A stretch of 64,000 nt of DNA from positions 13,117-77,116 of the forward strand of contig RQSC01000062.1 in the NCBI GenBank assembly GCA_013416795.1. The letters run 5' to 3'. Made by a program: the position numbers and the translations under genes. The notes beneath the pieces were generated by a model. It worked only from the letters and a program-made list of their open reading frames with translations. It had not been told where the DNA came from and made no database searches. This DNA is from Prasinococcaceae sp. CCMP 1430. Its lineage: Eukaryota > Plantae > Prasinodermophyta. Shown in pieces: positions 36,132 through 47,600 of this stretch (positions are counted from its first letter, which is position 1; the number at the start of each line of letters is the position of its first letter).

Positions 36132-36152
36132 AACCCTAATTTAGACCCTAAA
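36132..36152 (+). promoter_or_regulatory. Paired telo-box-like motifs (AACCCTAA, ACCCTAAA) upstream of the nucleotide-sugar transporter
   Basis: taaccctaatttagaccctaaac sits in an AT-rich island about 320 nt upstream of ATG 36467. Confidence 0.45.
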
Positions 36153-36466
36153 CGAGAGAACCCAGGGGAAGCGCTGGGAAACCAGGCGGAAGTTCGCGAC
36201 GGCGAACAGCCACGGGCGCGCCCGCGCGGGTGCGCGCGCGCGCCACTCGGTGCGCACGCGGCCCCAGCGGCCGAGGTGGAGGGGGACCCTGAGGGGGCGA
36301 GGGCAGGCTGCGCGGGGGGCGGGTCGGGAAAAGGCTCGGCCGAGACCAGAGCCGGAGGCGAAGGCGGGAGTCAGCGCAATAAGAGCCTGCTGCCTGCTGC
36401 GCTGAGCCAGAGCGCGGAGCCGGAATAGGCTGGTGGCGGTCAGAGGCCGACCAACAGCGCGCCAGC

Positions 36467-38118
36467 ATGGGCGGTGGAGGCGGTCAAGGCGCGCGGGGGG
36501 GGATGTTGCTCGCGGGACTGTACGCACTCCTGAACGTCTCGGCATCCTGCTCAATCATCTTTGCGAACAAGGCCGTCTACACATTTGCGCATTTCCCCTT
36601 CCCGATCGCGCTCACCTTCATCCACACGTGTTTCACGGCGGTTGGCATGAAGGCGTTCCGTCTCGGTGGCGTCTTCGTCCCCAAGCCACTTGGCTGGAAG
36701 CAAGTGACGCCCATGGCCGCGGTTTTCTGTGGCTACATCGCTAGCCAGAACCTCTCGCTCCGTTACAACACGATCGGCTTCTTCCAGAGTGCGTTCCATG
36801 TCGCTCGTGCTCGCGAGCACTTCGCTTTCTAGGCGTTGACAGTCGTTGTTGTCGTGCGCTCTCGTGGCATGCGCGCATGCACGCGTCTCGTGGGCTGACG
36901 CGCGCGCGACCGCACCCATGGCCTCGCTGCGCGCATGCGCCTAACAGTCGCTAAGATCGCCATCACGCCCGCCATTCTCCTCCTTCAGTGGGCAGTGTAC
37001 GGTATCAGCCAGCCGCGTGACGTCAAGCTGAGCATCGCCGTGCTGTGCGTCGGCGTGACCGTCGCGACCGTCACAGACGTGAGTGTGCGCCCCGTTGGCT
37101 TTGTGGTCGCGTGCGGGAGCATCTTTGTCACCGCGCTCTTCCAAATATGGATGGGCAGGTACGTGTCACGGGTGTAGATGGACGGGCTCGTTGGGCCATT
37201 CTCAGCGCCCAGATGGCAACTCGATTTTGGGATGTGCGACTGTGCCCACGTGCGCGTGTGCTTAGGCTTGAGTGGACTACGCATGTATGTGTCCTGCGGG
37301 GTAGATGTGCGGTGCTGACAGCGAGAATGACCGATCGCGCGCACACGCTGGCGCGAGCTGATGCAGCAAGCAGAAAGAATTCGAAGTCAGCTCGAACCAG
37401 CTGCTCGATCAGTACACCCCCTTCGCGGCGCTGTTCATGGGCACGCTGGTGCCGCTCTTCGAGCCGCTCGGGTACCACACCAAAGAAGGGGAGGTCAGCA
37501 TAGAAAATGAGGGGGGCACGCTGCTGGGCTGGCTGCGCGATCCTGAGCTCTTCACCACGCGCGCGTGTGTGCTCATCCTAATCAGCTCCGTGTTGGGGCT
37601 ACTCGTGAACCTCAGCGCCATGCTCGTGATCCAACACACGAGCACACTCACGTACAATGTCGTCGGACACATCAAAACCGTGGTGGTGCTTGCAGGCGGC
37701 GTGCTCATATTCGGAGACGGCATGACTCTAAAGAAACTGACAGGTATCACGGTGACAATGACCGGTATCGTCTGGTACAGTATTCTCAAGATGCGCGCCT
37801 CTGCAGAGGCCAAGGAGAAGGAGCAAGCCCTCAGGGCTGCGAAGGAAGAGGTGAGCCAGCTGTTCACTCCCCCGCCCGCCACGCATTGCCTCACCTGCGC
37901 GCTCCCGGCAGCTCACACTGCTCATGCAAACCGAGTCGTGCGAGCGCGCGCAATGCTGACAATATGCTCTACGCTGCGGTCGCGCGACTACGCAGATGGC
38001 TCTGCTCGGCAAGGGGAGCAGCGTGACCGTTGGTGGTGCAAGCGTGGCTGTCGACGACAAGGGCAATGGCTCAGAGACGCACGAGACCATGCAAGCACTG
38101 CTTGCGTCCAAGGTTTAG
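36467..38118 (+). CDS. Nucleotide-sugar transporter, UXT/SLC35E3-like (TPT/DMT family)
   Basis: Exons 36467-36788, 36948-37158, 37367-37850 and 37996-38118 are phase-compatible. Motifs: IIFANK, NLSLRYNTIGFFQIAKIAITP, TSTLTYNVVGHIKT, GIVWYS. Confidence 0.9.
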
Positions 38119-38296
38119 CTCGCGTCTAGCTAGCTGGGCACCTCTACTATAAGCGCGGAGAGGCATGCGTGCAGAGCTCATCGTCCTGCGCAAGGGACTG
38201 AGATAAATGGCATGAGTGTGCGTGTGGGCGAGCACCATTGAGAAGGCGACGCCCACTACACACCATCCACCTTTCTTTATTAAGTTTGTCAAGTTT

Positions 38297-39922
38297 TCAT
38301 TGATTGGGCTTCTTGGTCTTGCTCTTCTTCTTCTTCTTCTTCTTCTTCTTCTTGCCCGACAGTGACGAATCAGCGGCCTCAGTCCCGGAGTCGCGGTCAC
38401 GCTTTCGCGTCGGCACGACCATCGGCGGATTGGATTGAAGCTTGCCGCCCGCGGCGAGCCCCGCAGCATCAGCCTTCGCAACGGGGGTGTGCCTGGTATC
38501 CCCTCTGCCTTTGTCCTTCCTCTTGCCCTTCTTCTTGCCCTTCGTCTTGTCCGAATCGTCGCCCTGGCCCGGAGTGATGGCCATGACCTCCCATTCTTCG
38601 GGCTGGGCGTCGGCGATACGCGATACAGGCGGCCTGGCGGCGCCATCGCCAGCTGGCGGGCGAGCGGCCACGCCCTCGACGGGTGTGCGTGGTGTGCGTG
38701 CGGCTGCCGGCGTGTTGTGCGTGCTGAGTGCGCCAAGTTCATGACCCACCCCCGCATCCTCACCCGTGATTCCTCTCCTCTCCTCGAGCACGAAGTCTCT
38801 TCGTAGGATGCGCTCGAGTATCGAGTCGCCGTCGACGAAGGTAGATGCGCCGAAGCCAGCCGGCCGCGGGGGCAGCGGCGCGACCAGGAGCAGCGATGCG
38901 TGTTCGAAGGCCTGCTTGACTCGGACGTAATTGTATGAGCTACGCCCGAGGTCGTTGGTGTCATCCTGTGGGTCCTGCACGGCCAGCAGGAATGGCCTCT
39001 GGTAGTTCATCATGCCTGCGGCCTGCTTGGAGAAGAAGTGTCCGCCGCCCGCGCAGCCGACGCCCACCGCCTCGGAGTTGAGCTCGCTCCCGTACAGCTG
39101 AAAAAAGCCTACCAGCAGCATGCCAAGCGAGGGCTCCAGCCGTGAGGCACGCTGGTGCTGCGGCGTTCCCTCGGCCGCCGGTTTCATGCTCACGCCTGTC
39201 GCGTCGCCGCCGGCGACGCGCCTGCTCGGGTGGAGCTGCAGGTACGCAATTATCATCGTAATGAGCGCGTAGCTGCCGATGCCGCCGGTGTAGACCTCGT
39301 TGAGTTCGCGCTGCTGCAGGTAGAGCTTGATGACCACGCACAGCGGCCGCAGCGGCGGCAGCTCCTGCATGGCGCGGCACACGAAGTGCGCGGCCTGCGG
39401 GCCGTTGGCAACGTCGAAGGACACGTCGAACTGGATGCCGGACAACGCCTCGACGAACTTGACGATGGGCACGCGGGCCTTGGTGATGAGCTCCATCTTG
39501 CGCGCCAGACCACCGCGGCTCAGCGCGCGTCCGAGCGCTCGCACGCCGTCGGCCTGCGTTCCCACGCCGCTGTCGAGCACCACACAGTCGATGTCGCTCG
39601 TCGGCAAGTACATGCCCGTGGCGTACGACCCGAAGACCTCCAGTCGCCCCGACGCGAAGGTCTCCTTCACCACCGCCTCCACACGCTCGTACGCCGCACG
39701 CCGTCGCTCTTGCTCCTCAGGCGTAGGCTTGACGAAGTCAGCGAACCACAGAATCTCTTCGTGCAGCCGCAGCATCGGCGCTTTCAGCGGGGCGCGGCTC
39801 GCGTCTTCTCGCCACCACGGCGGTGGCCCGTCCTTGGACATAACGGCACCCGCGCCGCCGGGCGTGCCCTTGCCGAGGGCCATCCCGTCCGACGAGGTTG
39901 ATGGCTCTGGCTCGGACGCCAT
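38297..39922 (-). CDS. TRF4: Non-canonical poly(A) polymerase TRF4/PAPD5-like (TRAMP subunit)
   Basis: Motifs: MLRLHEEILWFADFV, FGSYATGMYLPTSDIDCVV, KARVPIVKF, FDVSF, LNEVYTGGIGSY, LAVQDPQDDTNDLGRSSY, and a poly-Lys NLS-like tail. The first clearly usable ATG is 39922; coding may extend somewhat upstream (DDDDFLAM). Confidence 0.92.
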   Translation of the reverse strand: MASEPEPSTSSDGMALGKGTPGGAGAVMSKDGPPPWWREDASRAPLKAPMLRLHEEILWFADFVKPTPEEQERRRAAYERVEAVVKETFASGRLEVFGSYATGMYLPTSDIDCVVLDSGVGTQADGVRALGRALSRGGLARKMELITKARVPIVKFVEALSGIQFDVSFDVANGPQAAHFVCRAMQELPPLRPLCVVIKLYLQQRELNEVYTGGIGSYALITMIIAYLQLHPSRRVAGGDATGVSMKPAAEGTPQHQRASRLEPSLGMLLVGFFQLYGSELNSEAVGVGCAGGGHFFSKQAAGMMNYQRPFLLAVQDPQDDTNDLGRSSYNYVRVKQAFEHASLLLVAPLPPRPAGFGASTFVDGDSILERILRRDFVLEERRGITGEDAGVGHELGALSTHNTPAAARTPRTPVEGVAARPPAGDGAARPPVSRIADAQPEEWEVMAITPGQGDDSDKTKGKKKGKRKDKGRGDTRHTPVAKADAAGLAAGGKLQSNPPMVVPTRKRDRDSGTEAADSSLSGKKKKKKKKKKSKTKKPNQ

Positions 39923-40046
39923 CGCCAGGAAGTCATCGTCGTCGCTGAAGCGCTCGTCGTCCGACCCACCGCCGGCGCCAGCGGTGCCGGCCGCACCGCC
40001 GGGGCGCACCGCCCGTCCGCCCACACAGGCACGCACGCGAGAATTA

Positions 40047-41867
40047 ATGCGGCACAGCGCATCCGACCCTTCGGTGGGCGCCAATTTCGCGACGATGCAC
40101 TCGCGGTACGGGGTGAGCGGCGCGGGCAGGGCCGGGAGCTCCGCGCCGTCCCCGCCGGCAGCGTGGTGCCGGGAGGTCCCAGTGGACGTGGGGAGCGACC
40201 GGGGAGGCTCGCCGTCCGGCCACCGGTCCGCGCTGTTTTCCGCCGGCACCAAGCGGGCGGTCGCGCTCTTCTTGAGCGGCTTCGCTCTTGCGACGGTGCT
40301 CGCTGTGGCCTTCGTTCTAAGCCTCAACGCCATCGTGCCGGGAGGGGACAGCCTCGACCAGCGAGCAGTGGGCCAGCCTTTCTCGACACAGGCCGCGACG
40401 CTCCGCGCGCCATACACACCGGCGGGCCGAGGCCGGGACCAGCTTCGCGCCCGCGTGGCGCAAGCTGTGGGGAAGGGCGCCAATTGGTTGCTGTCGTCGA
40501 CGGAACCCTTCAACACCACCGACGCCAAAGTTGATGCAGTCCACAGGCGCGTGGCCGTGGGCATGCTTTCGGCATGCTGCAGTGAGAAGTACCTGACTCG
40601 GAGGAACTTCCACAGGCGGGTATTCAGCGACTACCAGCGAGGGCTCGTCGCGGGCAGGGCACCGCTGCCGGCCGACGCCGTGCAGCTCTTCTTCGTCATC
40701 GGACACCCTGCCGACGACCCAGACTTCAAAACGGTGGACGACGAAGAGTTGCGCACCGAGCTGACGACGGCCAACGATCTGCTCAAGCTGCCATTCGAAG
40801 ACAGCTACGTCAACCTGTACAAAAAGACCGATATGTGGCTTGCATGGGCGACGCTGCACACCGACGCGCAGTTCATCGTCAAGGCCGACGACGACTGCTA
40901 CATTAACTACCGCGCACTCCTGTCCTTCACGGCTCCCCTCGGCGGCGCGGGAACCGTGCCATCGCGCGTGTACACCGGCGGCGCGAACCTCACCTTCAAG
41001 CCCATCCGCAACGAGAAGAGCAAGTGGTACGTCTCAGAGGCGCAGTGGTCGCCAGAATGCCCGACGAGCAGCTACGCTGTCGGGTGGACGTATCTCATGT
41101 CCAGGGATGTGGCCATCGCAGCAGTCAACGTGCTGCGGGCCGCGACGGAGCTAGCGCTCTCAGACGCCTACACGGCGTCGCTGCCCGAGGGCGTCGACGC
41201 GTGGGCCGTGCCGGAGCTGCTCTCGTTCCCGCCCCTGCGTGGCCTACCCGAAGTCGCAAGCCTTGACCTGCAGACATGGGATCCTTCGTTCGAGGCCAAC
41301 TCCACCATGAGCGACATCGCTGGCATTGACTGCAGCCTGAACCGCATCTGGTTCGAGGACGCGCGGGTGGGCATCGCGATCAACGCCGCGCTCAGGAGCG
41401 CGAAAGGCCGCGCGAGCCTGCCGCTGGCGGCGCCGCAGGACAACTCTTCCGTGCCATCGCTCGCGGAGTCGCACGCACAAGTGGTGCGCATCCAAGCCAG
41501 CGCTGTCTCCGAGGAGGCTGTCTACGCCGGCGCCGAGAACGAGACGCTCGCGGTGCTTCTCGACCCGACCACGCTCGACGACTTTCCGCAGGCGGCGGAC
41601 ATTCGCAGGCAGATATTCTCGGCCGCGTGGACATGCTGCAACCACGAGACGGTCGCGAAGCACATGGACTATCTGTGCAAGACCGAGGAGATGCTGCCGC
41701 TGGCACATACGCAGGCAAACGCAACGCGCTTGCCCGGTGCGGTGGGACAGTGCGTGCACAAGGACATGGGGGAGTGTGGCCGCGGCAACGCTTACATCCG
41801 CCACTGGGAGCGGGCGTTCGGATGGAGCGCGCACCCCGGAAAGACGTGCCAGCAGGCATCGACGTGA
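40047..41867 (+). CDS. Type II membrane glycosyltransferase family 31 (beta-1,3-galactosyltransferase-like)
   Basis: ATG at 40047 or 40095, then a single TM (VALFLSGFALATVLAVAFVLSL). Motifs: DLLKLPFEDSYVNLYKKT, IVKADDDCY (DxD), YAVGWTYLMSRD, FEDARVG. Confidence 0.85.
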   Translation: MRHSASDPSVGANFATMHSRYGVSGAGRAGSSAPSPPAAWCREVPVDVGSDRGGSPSGHRSALFSAGTKRAVALFLSGFALATVLAVAFVLSLNAIVPGGDSLDQRAVGQPFSTQAATLRAPYTPAGRGRDQLRARVAQAVGKGANWLLSSTEPFNTTDAKVDAVHRRVAVGMLSACCSEKYLTRRNFHRRVFSDYQRGLVAGRAPLPADAVQLFFVIGHPADDPDFKTVDDEELRTELTTANDLLKLPFEDSYVNLYKKTDMWLAWATLHTDAQFIVKADDDCYINYRALLSFTAPLGGAGTVPSRVYTGGANLTFKPIRNEKSKWYVSEAQWSPECPTSSYAVGWTYLMSRDVAIAAVNVLRAATELALSDAYTASLPEGVDAWAVPELLSFPPLRGLPEVASLDLQTWDPSFEANSTMSDIAGIDCSLNRIWFEDARVGIAINAALRSAKGRASLPLAAPQDNSSVPSLAESHAQVVRIQASAVSEEAVYAGAENETLAVLLDPTTLDDFPQAADIRRQIFSAAWTCCNHETVAKHMDYLCKTEEMLPLAHTQANATRLPGAVGQCVHKDMGECGRGNAYIRHWERAFGWSAHPGKTCQQAST

Positions 41868-42099
41868 AAGGTGAAAGCAGGTAGGGCTGATCTCCCCGAC
41901 CTTTGGCGCTGCACACCACAGCAGCCGCCCTGCATGGGACGCATACACATCGCGCACACCTCCCGCCCATAGCAACACGACACGCCGCGCCGTCACTCCA
42001 ACGAGGCTGCTAGGGCTCTTGAGAGTAAGAGAGCGATGAAATGTGTCGGAGGCGACATGTACTTCTGCTGGGTGTGAGTGGAAATTGACTGCGATTAGT

Positions 42100-44076
42100 T
42101 CACATGATTGCGCAACGACAGCCGCCGCCGCTGTCGGCAGTCTGGCTCGACGCAGGCGCTGGAGTGGCAGTCTCGTCCGCAGCAGGCGCTGGAGTGGCAG
42201 TCTCGTCCGCAGGAGCACCCGATGCGAGCTCGGGCATCGATAAGGGTACGTCAGCGACGCTGACGGCTGGCGCAGCGGGTGTTGCCAACACCGCCTGCGC
42301 CTCGCCCACCCATTGCGCGGGCGGGGATGACCGTGACTGGTCCGTCGATGCTGCTGGCGCGTGCGCGGAGAGGTTGGCTTGGGCCGGACCTTGGAATGGC
42401 AATTCAGGCTCAGCCTTCGGCGGTGCCTTCTTTTTGCCGCTCCCGCCCCCGCAGAACCCGCCGATCTCGCTGAGGGGATCGCGCCCGCCACTCAGGGGCA
42501 GCACGTCTCTCGGGCTAGGGTTGCCCCACGCGGGCCGATCCGGCACCATTCCCGGGCTCGACAAGGGGCGCTGCGGTGGCGGGCTCGTCCTGCTGCTGCC
42601 CGGCTTCGAGTATGGATCGAGCGCCCCACTGAGTGGCAGCACGTCCGTGGGGCCGGGGTTGCCCCACTCTGGTCGAGCCTTCGACACGTACTGCGACGTG
42701 GGTGTCCGATTCTGGGCGTGACGCATCGAGCCCGATTGAGGCGTCCGCTCTTTGCTCACACCGCTGTTGGCCGGAGTGGCGTGCCGCGAGGGCGCCGTCG
42801 GCGTGATCCAGGACGGCGAGTCGCTCGGGAGCTCCTCGTCGTCCGATTCGTCGCTAGCGCTCGCCATGAGGGCGATAGCCTTGGCCTTGAAGCGAGCGAG
42901 GCGTTGAGCGGTGTCTGCTCTAGCCGTCGCCAAGCGCTGCGCGCTCTCCCGCTGCTCCCGCCCCCGTTGGGCTTCGAGCCGCCTCTCATCCGCAGCAGTT
43001 TGCCGTTTGGTCTGAGCGAGCTTTGTCCGAGCCCGGTCCGCGGCGGAGACGAGTGCCGGCACCTCCTCCCGCAGCTCATCGCGTTTCGCGAGGGTCGCAG
43101 CCACGTCCGTCATGTAACGATCGTGCGCGGCCTTCGCCAGCGCCTCGGCCCGCCGCTCGTTCCGCTCGCGCGACGCCAGGGCGCCGAACTCGCTGCGTAT
43201 GAGATCTACTTGCTGCTCGAGGTCCTCGAGGGCCTGCTTTGCCTCCGCGGACACCCTCGCCTCGTACTCTTCCTCCCAGCCACTCTTCGCAGTGGCCGCA
43301 TGGCGCTTGGCGGCCAAGCGGCGCCTCTCCGAGCGTGCAAACGCTGCGCGCGCACGGCGCTCGGCCGCGAGAGCAGCCTCTCCCCTCGCACGCTCGGCCT
43401 CGCGAAACGCGGCCACGAGCTCACGATCGGCATCAAGCTGCACGCGCACCTCCTCGGCCGCCGCTCGCCGCGTGGCGTCCACCTTCCTCGCGGCGCGGCG
43501 CATCCTCCTCGTCGCCCGGCGGCTCTCCTCGCACGCCATCTCGCGCTCCCTCTGCTGCACCTCCGCCTGCTGCGCAGAGGCCTCCCTCTCTTCGGCGAGC
43601 AGCGTCCTGACCTCCTTCGCAGCGGCCTCGACGCTGGCCTGAAGCTTGGAGCGCGCAACTGCGCGCTTTTTCTTGCCCCGCGCGCGCTGTCTCTTGTTGG
43701 TGCGCGCCTGCTGCGCCTGCTCGTCGGCGCGCGCCTGTCTCATTCTCTTGGCGGCCTCGTCGGCCTCTTTAATGCGTGCCTTCGCCGCCTCAAATGCCCC
43801 CAGCCGGCTGCGCATGGCATCGCGCCGGCGCTCGGCGACGGCCAGCTCTCGTAGAATTTCGTTCAGCCTGCCGCGGTGCAGCTGAGCCTCCGCCGCCGCC
43901 TCCCTGCGCATCCGCAACGCCTCGGCGTGAATCACCGTTGACTGGTGCCCGCCGCCGCCGGCGCCGTCGAGCCGCTCGCGCTCAAGCGCGTCTTGCCACT
44001 GCGCGCGCTCATCGCGCACCGCCGCCTCCAGATCCGCGCCACGCTCCGATGCCTGCGTCTGCGCGCCCGCCGCCAT
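42100..44076 (-). CDS. Coiled-coil protein with C-terminal CaaX box (CRCAIM*)
   Basis: Probable ATG 44076. A long Glu/Arg/Ala helical region is followed by a Pro/Ser-rich tail with internal repeats, ending tgt cgt tgc gca atc atg tga. Confidence 0.75.
   Translation of the reverse strand: MAAGAQTQASERGADLEAAVRDERAQWQDALERERLDGAGGGGHQSTVIHAEALRMRREAAAEAQLHRGRLNEILRELAVAERRRDAMRSRLGAFEAAKARIKEADEAAKRMRQARADEQAQQARTNKRQRARGKKKRAVARSKLQASVEAAAKEVRTLLAEEREASAQQAEVQQREREMACEESRRATRRMRRAARKVDATRRAAAEEVRVQLDADRELVAAFREAERARGEAALAAERRARAAFARSERRRLAAKRHAATAKSGWEEEYEARVSAEAKQALEDLEQQVDLIRSEFGALASRERNERRAEALAKAAHDRYMTDVAATLAKRDELREEVPALVSAADRARTKLAQTKRQTAADERRLEAQRGREQRESAQRLATARADTAQRLARFKAKAIALMASASDESDDEELPSDSPSWITPTAPSRHATPANSGVSKERTPQSGSMRHAQNRTPTSQYVSKARPEWGNPGPTDVLPLSGALDPYSKPGSSRTSPPPQRPLSSPGMVPDRPAWGNPSPRDVLPLSGGRDPLSEIGGFCGGGSGKKKAPPKAEPELPFQGPAQANLSAHAPAASTDQSRSSPPAQWVGEAQAVLATPAAPAVSVADVPLSMPELASGAPADETATPAPAADETATPAPASSQTADSGGGCRCAIM
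42152..42211. repeat. Perfect 30-bp tandem repeat x2, coding (ADETATPAPA)
   Basis: gcaggcgctggagtggcagtctcgtccgca occurs twice in succession. Confidence 0.95.
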
Positions 44077-44605
44077 GCTCGTCAGCGCGTCCACGCGACC
44101 CAGAGCAGACGTGCAGCCCGGGCCTCCGGTGCCCGCACGCGCCGCCGATCTACGCCTCCTCGCGCGCGGACGCGCACGCGCGCGCACACAGGGACGGAGC
44201 GGCCGCGCCCGAATACGATCCCCCCCCCCCTCCCCCTCCCCCTCCCTCGCGGCCTCCGCCGCCCAGTGCTTGTGTGCCGCCTCTGGCCCTGCCCCTCACC
44301 CCAGAGCAGCGGCGGGCGCCGCTCTCAGCCGCAGTTTTTCAGCGGTCGAGATTCGAGCTCAGCTCAGCTCAGCCATTCTCACACTTGGTATCACAGATTC
44401 GGGGCGGCGGCTCATCCGCGCGAGCGCGCCTTCGTCAGCGCGCGCTGCTGCCACCTCCCTCCTCGCTCGCTGTCCCTCGCCCCCCCCGCCCCCCGCCTCT
44501 CTTCTCCGCGGGTGGGGCGGGGCGGGCCGAAGGATCGCGCGGGCCAGGCGCCACTCGAGCACCCCCTCCATGCGCTCCGAGACCTTTTCACCCTCCCCCT
44601 CCACG

Positions 44606-47600
44606 ATGGCGGCCGGCGCGGGCGCTCTGGTGCCCGCGTCGCCCAACTGGTTCGTGGCGCAGTGCTGCGACGCCGCGCGCGGCGCCGAGCTCGCTGCATA
44701 CGCGGCCCGCAACTCGGTGGTCGTCGCGGCGCTCGGCGGAGCGCCGGTGGTGTCACGCGTGCTACAGGGACACACCAACCGCGTCACGGCGGTATGCTTC
44801 GTCGATGGGGCGGGCGATGACGCGCTGCTGCTGTCCGCCTCGCTGGACAGCACCGCGCGCCTGTGGGACTCGCGCGCGGGCGCGTGCGTGCGCGCGCTGC
44901 GCGTGCACCAGCGCGATGGCGCGACGGCGGTCTGCTGCGTAGCTGGCCGCACGATCGTGACCGGCAGCTCCAGCGGCCAGGTACTCGCGTGGCCGCACAT
45001 GGGCGGCACGCAGGAGGCAGAGCCCGCGTGCGCGGCGCGGCGCGGCACGTCCGTCACTGTGCTGCGTGCACTGAACGGCACTGCGCTCGCTGCCGTGGGC
45101 TACGACGACGGCCATGTGTGCGTGCTCGACGCGGAGCGACGGGTCGCGCTCTGCACGGTGCAAAAGGCCCACTCAGCCGACATCCAGGGGTTGGATTGGT
45201 ACCAACCGTCGCCGCTCCTCCGGGCGAGCGGCTGCGCACAATCGGAGCGCGCGGCCGACGGTGCAGAAGCGAGCGCCTGCAGTAGCGACAGTGGCGGCGG
45301 CGACAGCATCGCATACTTGGCGACGAGCGCCCGCGATAGGCGCGTGTGCGTGTGGGCGGTGCCTATTGCCAACGATGTCAGCAGGACAGCGGTGGTGCCG
45401 ACGAAGATTGCGGAGCGGTCGCTGCCCCCGGCACAAAAGGGCACTGCCGCTGCGCAGCGCAGTCGGACGTGGGTGCCGGTCTGCTGGCTGCCTCCGTCGC
45501 AGCCAGCTACGACGGACGCCGACTTGAGCAGTAGCAGTATCAGCAGCAATATCACCAGCGTCGCTGGTGATGCGGTTGGCGACGGCAGTGTGGGCCCTCT
45601 GGCAATGGGAATGCCGGACCTTGTCACCGCCGATGCGGCCGGCGAGCTGATGATCTGGCGTGGTGTCGAACTGCGCGGGGGCGACGGGAGCAGCGATGGC
45701 GACAAGTGGACCAAGGCGCCGTCGTTCGCCAAGCTGGCCACAGCACACACGCGACCTGTCTTTAGCATTGCCCTCAAGGTGGCGCAGCGTCTCGAGGACA
45801 CGAGCTCTGGCCTGCCGGCCTGCAGGCTATTCACAGTGTCGATGGACCGCACCGCCGCCCTCTGGGAGCTCCCGGCCGGCGGGGGCTCTGGTGGCTCGCT
45901 CGCACGCAAGACGTGGCAAACGGTCGGGCTCGGCGGCTTCGGGTACTGCCTAGGCGCGTCGCCCGCCGACAGGCAGATGCTGGCGGCAGGTGTGGGTGAC
46001 AACACCATTCGACTCCTGCGAATACCCGAGGGGGGACAGGCGGCCTCGCGCGACGGCGCGCGCGCGCTCGCGTCTGCTTCCCTCGCGTGGCGCGGCATTG
46101 GTGGCAAGGTGACTGCACTCGCCTGGCACCCGACAGCCGCGGGAGTCCTCGCGTACGCCACGGACGATGGATCAGTGTCACTCTACGACGCGAGTGCGCA
46201 GATGTCAGCAGATTTCGCCGGTGGCAAGCACGCAGGCGCGATTCGTTCGCTGTGCTGGATTGATGTGGCGGGCAGCGGCAAGCCGCTGCTCTGCAGCTGC
46301 GGCGGCGGTAAGGTGTATGTGTGGGCGGTCACCGAGAGCGGCTCAGAGGGTGCACTGCGACCGCATGGCTCGGGCAAGCCGCGCAGCCTTCTTGCAGAGG
46401 GCGCCGGCGCCATTGAAGCATCGACGGCAGCATTCCGAACAGCTCCCAGCGGCGGGAAGCACATGGTGGCGCTTGGCTCGGCCGACGGCACTTTGGAAGT
46501 GCACACGCTCGGGGGCGGCGTGTCAAGGATAAGTCCGGAGACGAACCGAGACAACGGGGCTCCACTTCCGTCGTGGGGTGGCGCGGTGTGCATGGACTGG
46601 GCAAACGATGAGCGCCCATGCCTCGCAGTGGGCTTCACTTCTGGCGGCATCCTGATTGTTCGGGGAGGGTCTACAGACGAACGCCCGAACAGAATGTCTG
46701 CTACCGACGCCGACAGTGGCGAGGGCACAAGCGCTTTCGGCTCGGAACGAGTGTGGTTGAAGGCATGCAACAAGCCCAAGTCAAAGGGCAAAAAGGGCAA
46801 GGGCGCGCACGCACAAGCTGCCGATTACGCACACGTGCCCGTGCCGTGCGTCGCGTGGTCGCCCTCCGACCCTTCGCTACTCGCTGCGGGGCTCGCCGAC
46901 GGCGCGGCGGCGGTGTGGCGCATCTCCACTGCCGCGCCAAAACCTGGCGACCACACGGGGACCGACGCCGGGGTGGAGACGTCACGCTCTCTCTCTGCTC
47001 AATGCATCGCTCGAGTGGAGGGGCACAGCGCGCGCGTGCAGGCCGTTTGCTGGTGCCTGTTGAGCCCCGGCGCACTCTTCACCACCTCAGAGGATCAGAC
47101 AATCCAGGCCTGGGACGTCGGGAGTGCGGAGGCTGCTGCTGCTGCGGAACGCGCAAATGCCGACGCCGAGGCGCGCAAGCTCGAGGCAGCTGCCAGACGC
47201 GAGCGCGATGCCAAACGCCGTGAAGTGAAAGAGAGGGAAGCCAATGCTTTTGCGGCTGCGGAGGCTTCGGCGGAAGCAGCGGCAGCTGTCGCGCCTGACA
47301 GAGCTGGCGTCACCGTGGCGGCGGCAAGCACGGCGTCCGAGAGTAGCACCGAGCAATCCCTGCCGGTGTCTCGAGCGGCCGCAAGCGGTATCTCGCGTGT
47401 GCACACAAGCAGCGGCGCGGTACCAGCTCGAGACCACATCGAGAGCAACGGCAACACCGCTATGAGTCCCGTGAGCTTGAATGCTGCAAACGCTGTGCTG
47501 GGCTCAAACTTGAGTGCCGGTGCGTCAAAACCAGTTGGCAAAAGCCGTACTCGTGGAGGCGTCGGCGGTGCGATCGGCGGTGCCATCGCAGACGTGGTGC

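Noticed and set aside
38323-38353. (TTC)n microsatellite
   Set aside because: It is the reverse complement of the poly-Lys NLS-like tail of TRF4.
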